Source: Carcharhinus longimanus
Lineage: Eukaryota
Assembly: GCA_030264375.1 (NCBI GenBank)
Contig: JASCQW010000001.1
Coordinates: 94,740,575 to 94,804,574, forward strand
Direction: 5' to 3'
Length of the DNA stretch: 64,000 nucleotides
Both the position numbers and the translations under genes were made by a program. Positions 61,672 to 64,000 of this stretch are shown in pieces; within the stretch, counting starts at the first letter, position 1; the number at the start of each line of letters is the position of its first letter. The notes beneath the pieces are model-generated. The model was not told where the DNA came from, did not search any database, and saw only the letters and a list, made by a program, of their open reading frames with translations.

Positions 61672-63479
61672 GTAAGTATTATCAAAGAATTAGATCCAAA
61701 GGACTTGAGTTTAAAAATTATTTAATTTTGTTTATTTTGTTAAGCCTTGAGAGTAAACATCTTGTCACAGCTGCACTGTTTTATTTTGAATCATCGTTCT
61801 ATCTCCCATGTATGGTACTGTTGTGCTTTTTTTAATTTACAGTTTTCATTTTGAAAGGCAGTTGGTCTTAATTTCCATAGTTTAAAACAGGTTGATAAAC
61901 AATGTGTTGTCAATTTATTTACATAACCCAGTGGCTGTGGATTGTATTGACGTTCTTAATTTGCTATTGAAGTAAGATTTAATAAGGTCGGAAATTATAA
62001 AGCTGTAAATGTATGGAAGCGTATTCTATCTGGGTCAGCGTATCAATTTACATAAAATTTCTTGGACTTTATCCTCCTAATGAAACAGTTGTCATTTGGC
62101 ACATGATCAGTTGATTGTATCTGGCTAAATTTATCCATACCATATCTGATTGTCATCAGGATTTAGAAAGTTTTTTTTCTATACTTATTTTAACACAGCA
62201 TTGCAAAAAAACAATTCAGTCATTCTGAAAGTAGACTTACAAATACTTGTCAGTAAGAAATTCAGTGTAACAGTTGACTGTTTCTCACAATCAACTGTGG
62301 GACAGCCAATTCCAGTCAAATTTCTGATTGTTACAGTTTGATATGTAATATTTTCATCTGGTTTTAATGTAGATTATTCAATGAGGTTTAAAATAAACTC
62401 GTTCTACAAGCACAGTTTTCTTGATTCTGCAGATATTTTAGCTTCACTACAAAACTTTTAATATCTGAACCATTCCATTCTCTCAAAGATGTTCAAAGCT
62501 ACCGGAGATGCAAAGTTTTTAAGAACTTTTGGCCATGTTTGCTCATTACCACACCTGTTTAGGTTTGCTATAAAAGTTGAAACAATTATTGCTAGTGATA
62601 ATGTAATTAACTTTTTTTAAAAATAGCATTCTGTGATAACTTTTGATTAAACTTCTGACTGACATGTAAACTTAAATGATATAAAATCTTTCACCTTGCT
62701 TCATTATTATGGGCATTCTGTTCAAAGCAGGGTAGAATATATTGCCAATACATATAACTGCAGAGAATATTTAAAAAAAAAATAATTGTAATTATCTTTT
62801 ATGAACTGTTCAGAAATATATTCAAAGTTGCATAACTGGTAGGCCACTACAGAGGTGATTTCTCTTGTTTCAAAAAAATATGCACAGCAAAATCTTTATG
62901 GGTTTTTCACACTAGCAAAAGTACTTTAGCAATATGATACTGGTGCATTATCCTTTAGCTTTCTTTTATAGTGCCAGAAGTGTCAAGTATCAAGGCTGAG
63001 TTCTTTAGTTACTTTGGTATAGTGTTTATGCACGTCATTTTTTAAAATCTTTGACTGCAGCTATAGGGCTATCCCCAAGAGTATAGTATTATGGAATACA
63101 CCATTGTCTACTACACTAAATAAGTGTTTTGCTTTCTTTAATTTTTTTCTCTCTTTTACATCTTGTATGATTTTTGTTCTCTTTGATTTGTTTGCTAATC
63201 CTTTTACCCGTCTTTATTCTTTGAATTGTTTGTCCTGGCCACTTCCATTATGTGTTTCTCTCACTTATAAAGGAAATGTCTTTGTTTCATGACAATGGAG
63301 GTATTTGCATGTACTCTGCATAGTCACCTTACTTATACCCCCATGCAGGTCATAAAGTGATGTGATTGGACAATGTGACAGACCAAATTTGAAAGTCAGT
63401 CAAATGCAACTACGTCAAGCAAGGCTTTTACAGATCAGAATAATGTTTCTAGATTGCAATGGTCAAAAGCTGGTGTCTG

Positions 63480-63590
63480 GAGAGAGAAATAAAAGCAAAA
63501 CAATACTGAAAGTATTCGGCAGATTTGGCAGCATTGTGGAGAGAGGAACAGTTAACAGTTTAGATTAATGACCTTTCTTCAGAACTTCAG
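63480..63590 (-). mobile_element. Penelope-like pseudo-LTR fragment
   Basis: aaataaaagcaaaacaatactgaaagtattcggcagatttggcagcattgtggagagag...gacctttcttcagaac is the approximate reverse complement of 52300-52395. Confidence 0.6.
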
Positions 63591-64000
63591 AGAGAAGGAG
63601 ATATTGGCCAGCCTGGGAACCAGGCTGTGTAGTTGCATAATCAGCAGCTTAGTGTGAAGGTGATCAAGGGACATCTTTGAATCAAGCTAAAGTGGCAAGT
63701 ATGTTCATATATTAATGGAGTCACTTTCACTCATTTATTAAAAATGTGGAAATTCTTAACAAATTTATATGATACTGGAAGTATTTGAGAAAGCTTGTCC
63801 TTCCATGTAGATATTCCTTCTAAGTTTCATCGAGGTGGTTTCTTAGGGCATTCTGGAGATTTTAATAGAGAGTGTCTTACAAGGAACCTTTTGCATTCCA
63901 ATAAGTCGGAGATAATGAAATTAGAAGAGCAAAAACGGAGCATGAAAAACGATTTGTGAATAAGATTAGGGAGAATCCTGAAATAGTCTATAAATACATT

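Noticed and set aside
1-64000. CRISPR array, prokaryotic operon or endogenous virus
   Set aside because: There is no repeat-spacer array, no long intact ORFs and no recognisable viral protein motifs; the content is vertebrate intron and retroelement.

Overview
This is vertebrate genomic DNA from a gapped draft assembly, almost certainly a cartilaginous fish (shark), judged from its HE1/V-SINE, HER1/CR1, DeuSINE and Penelope repeat content. The whole window lies inside one + strand gene, LCORL (ligand-dependent nuclear receptor corepressor-like). Five coding exons, equivalent to human exons 2-6, sit at 31088-31153, 41487-41566, 48085-48217, 52513-52764 and 61575/61578-61671. All have AG/GT boundaries and splice into one open frame containing the two CtBP-binding motifs PLDLT and VLDLS. 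Exon 1 and the 3' exons (pipsqueak HTH and PALI2) lie outside the window. The rest is intron packed with decayed, often nested retroelements (CR1, L2, Rex1/Babar, Penelope-like, at least four SINE families, a probable solo LTR), an 8-bp minisatellite and microsatellites. Nearly all ORFs in the track are repeat remnants or noise. The most interesting non-coding signal is a near-complete minimal hammerhead ribozyme in a Penelope pseudo-LTR at 29095-29137. It is in the sense direction of the LCORL pre-mRNA, and a second, apparently younger copy of the same element lies about 0.4 kb downstream, which could supply the dimer partner such ribozymes need. I found no evidence of a wholly new multi-gene system. 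Repeat family names and human protein comparisons come from memory, not from database searches, and repeat boundaries are approximate.
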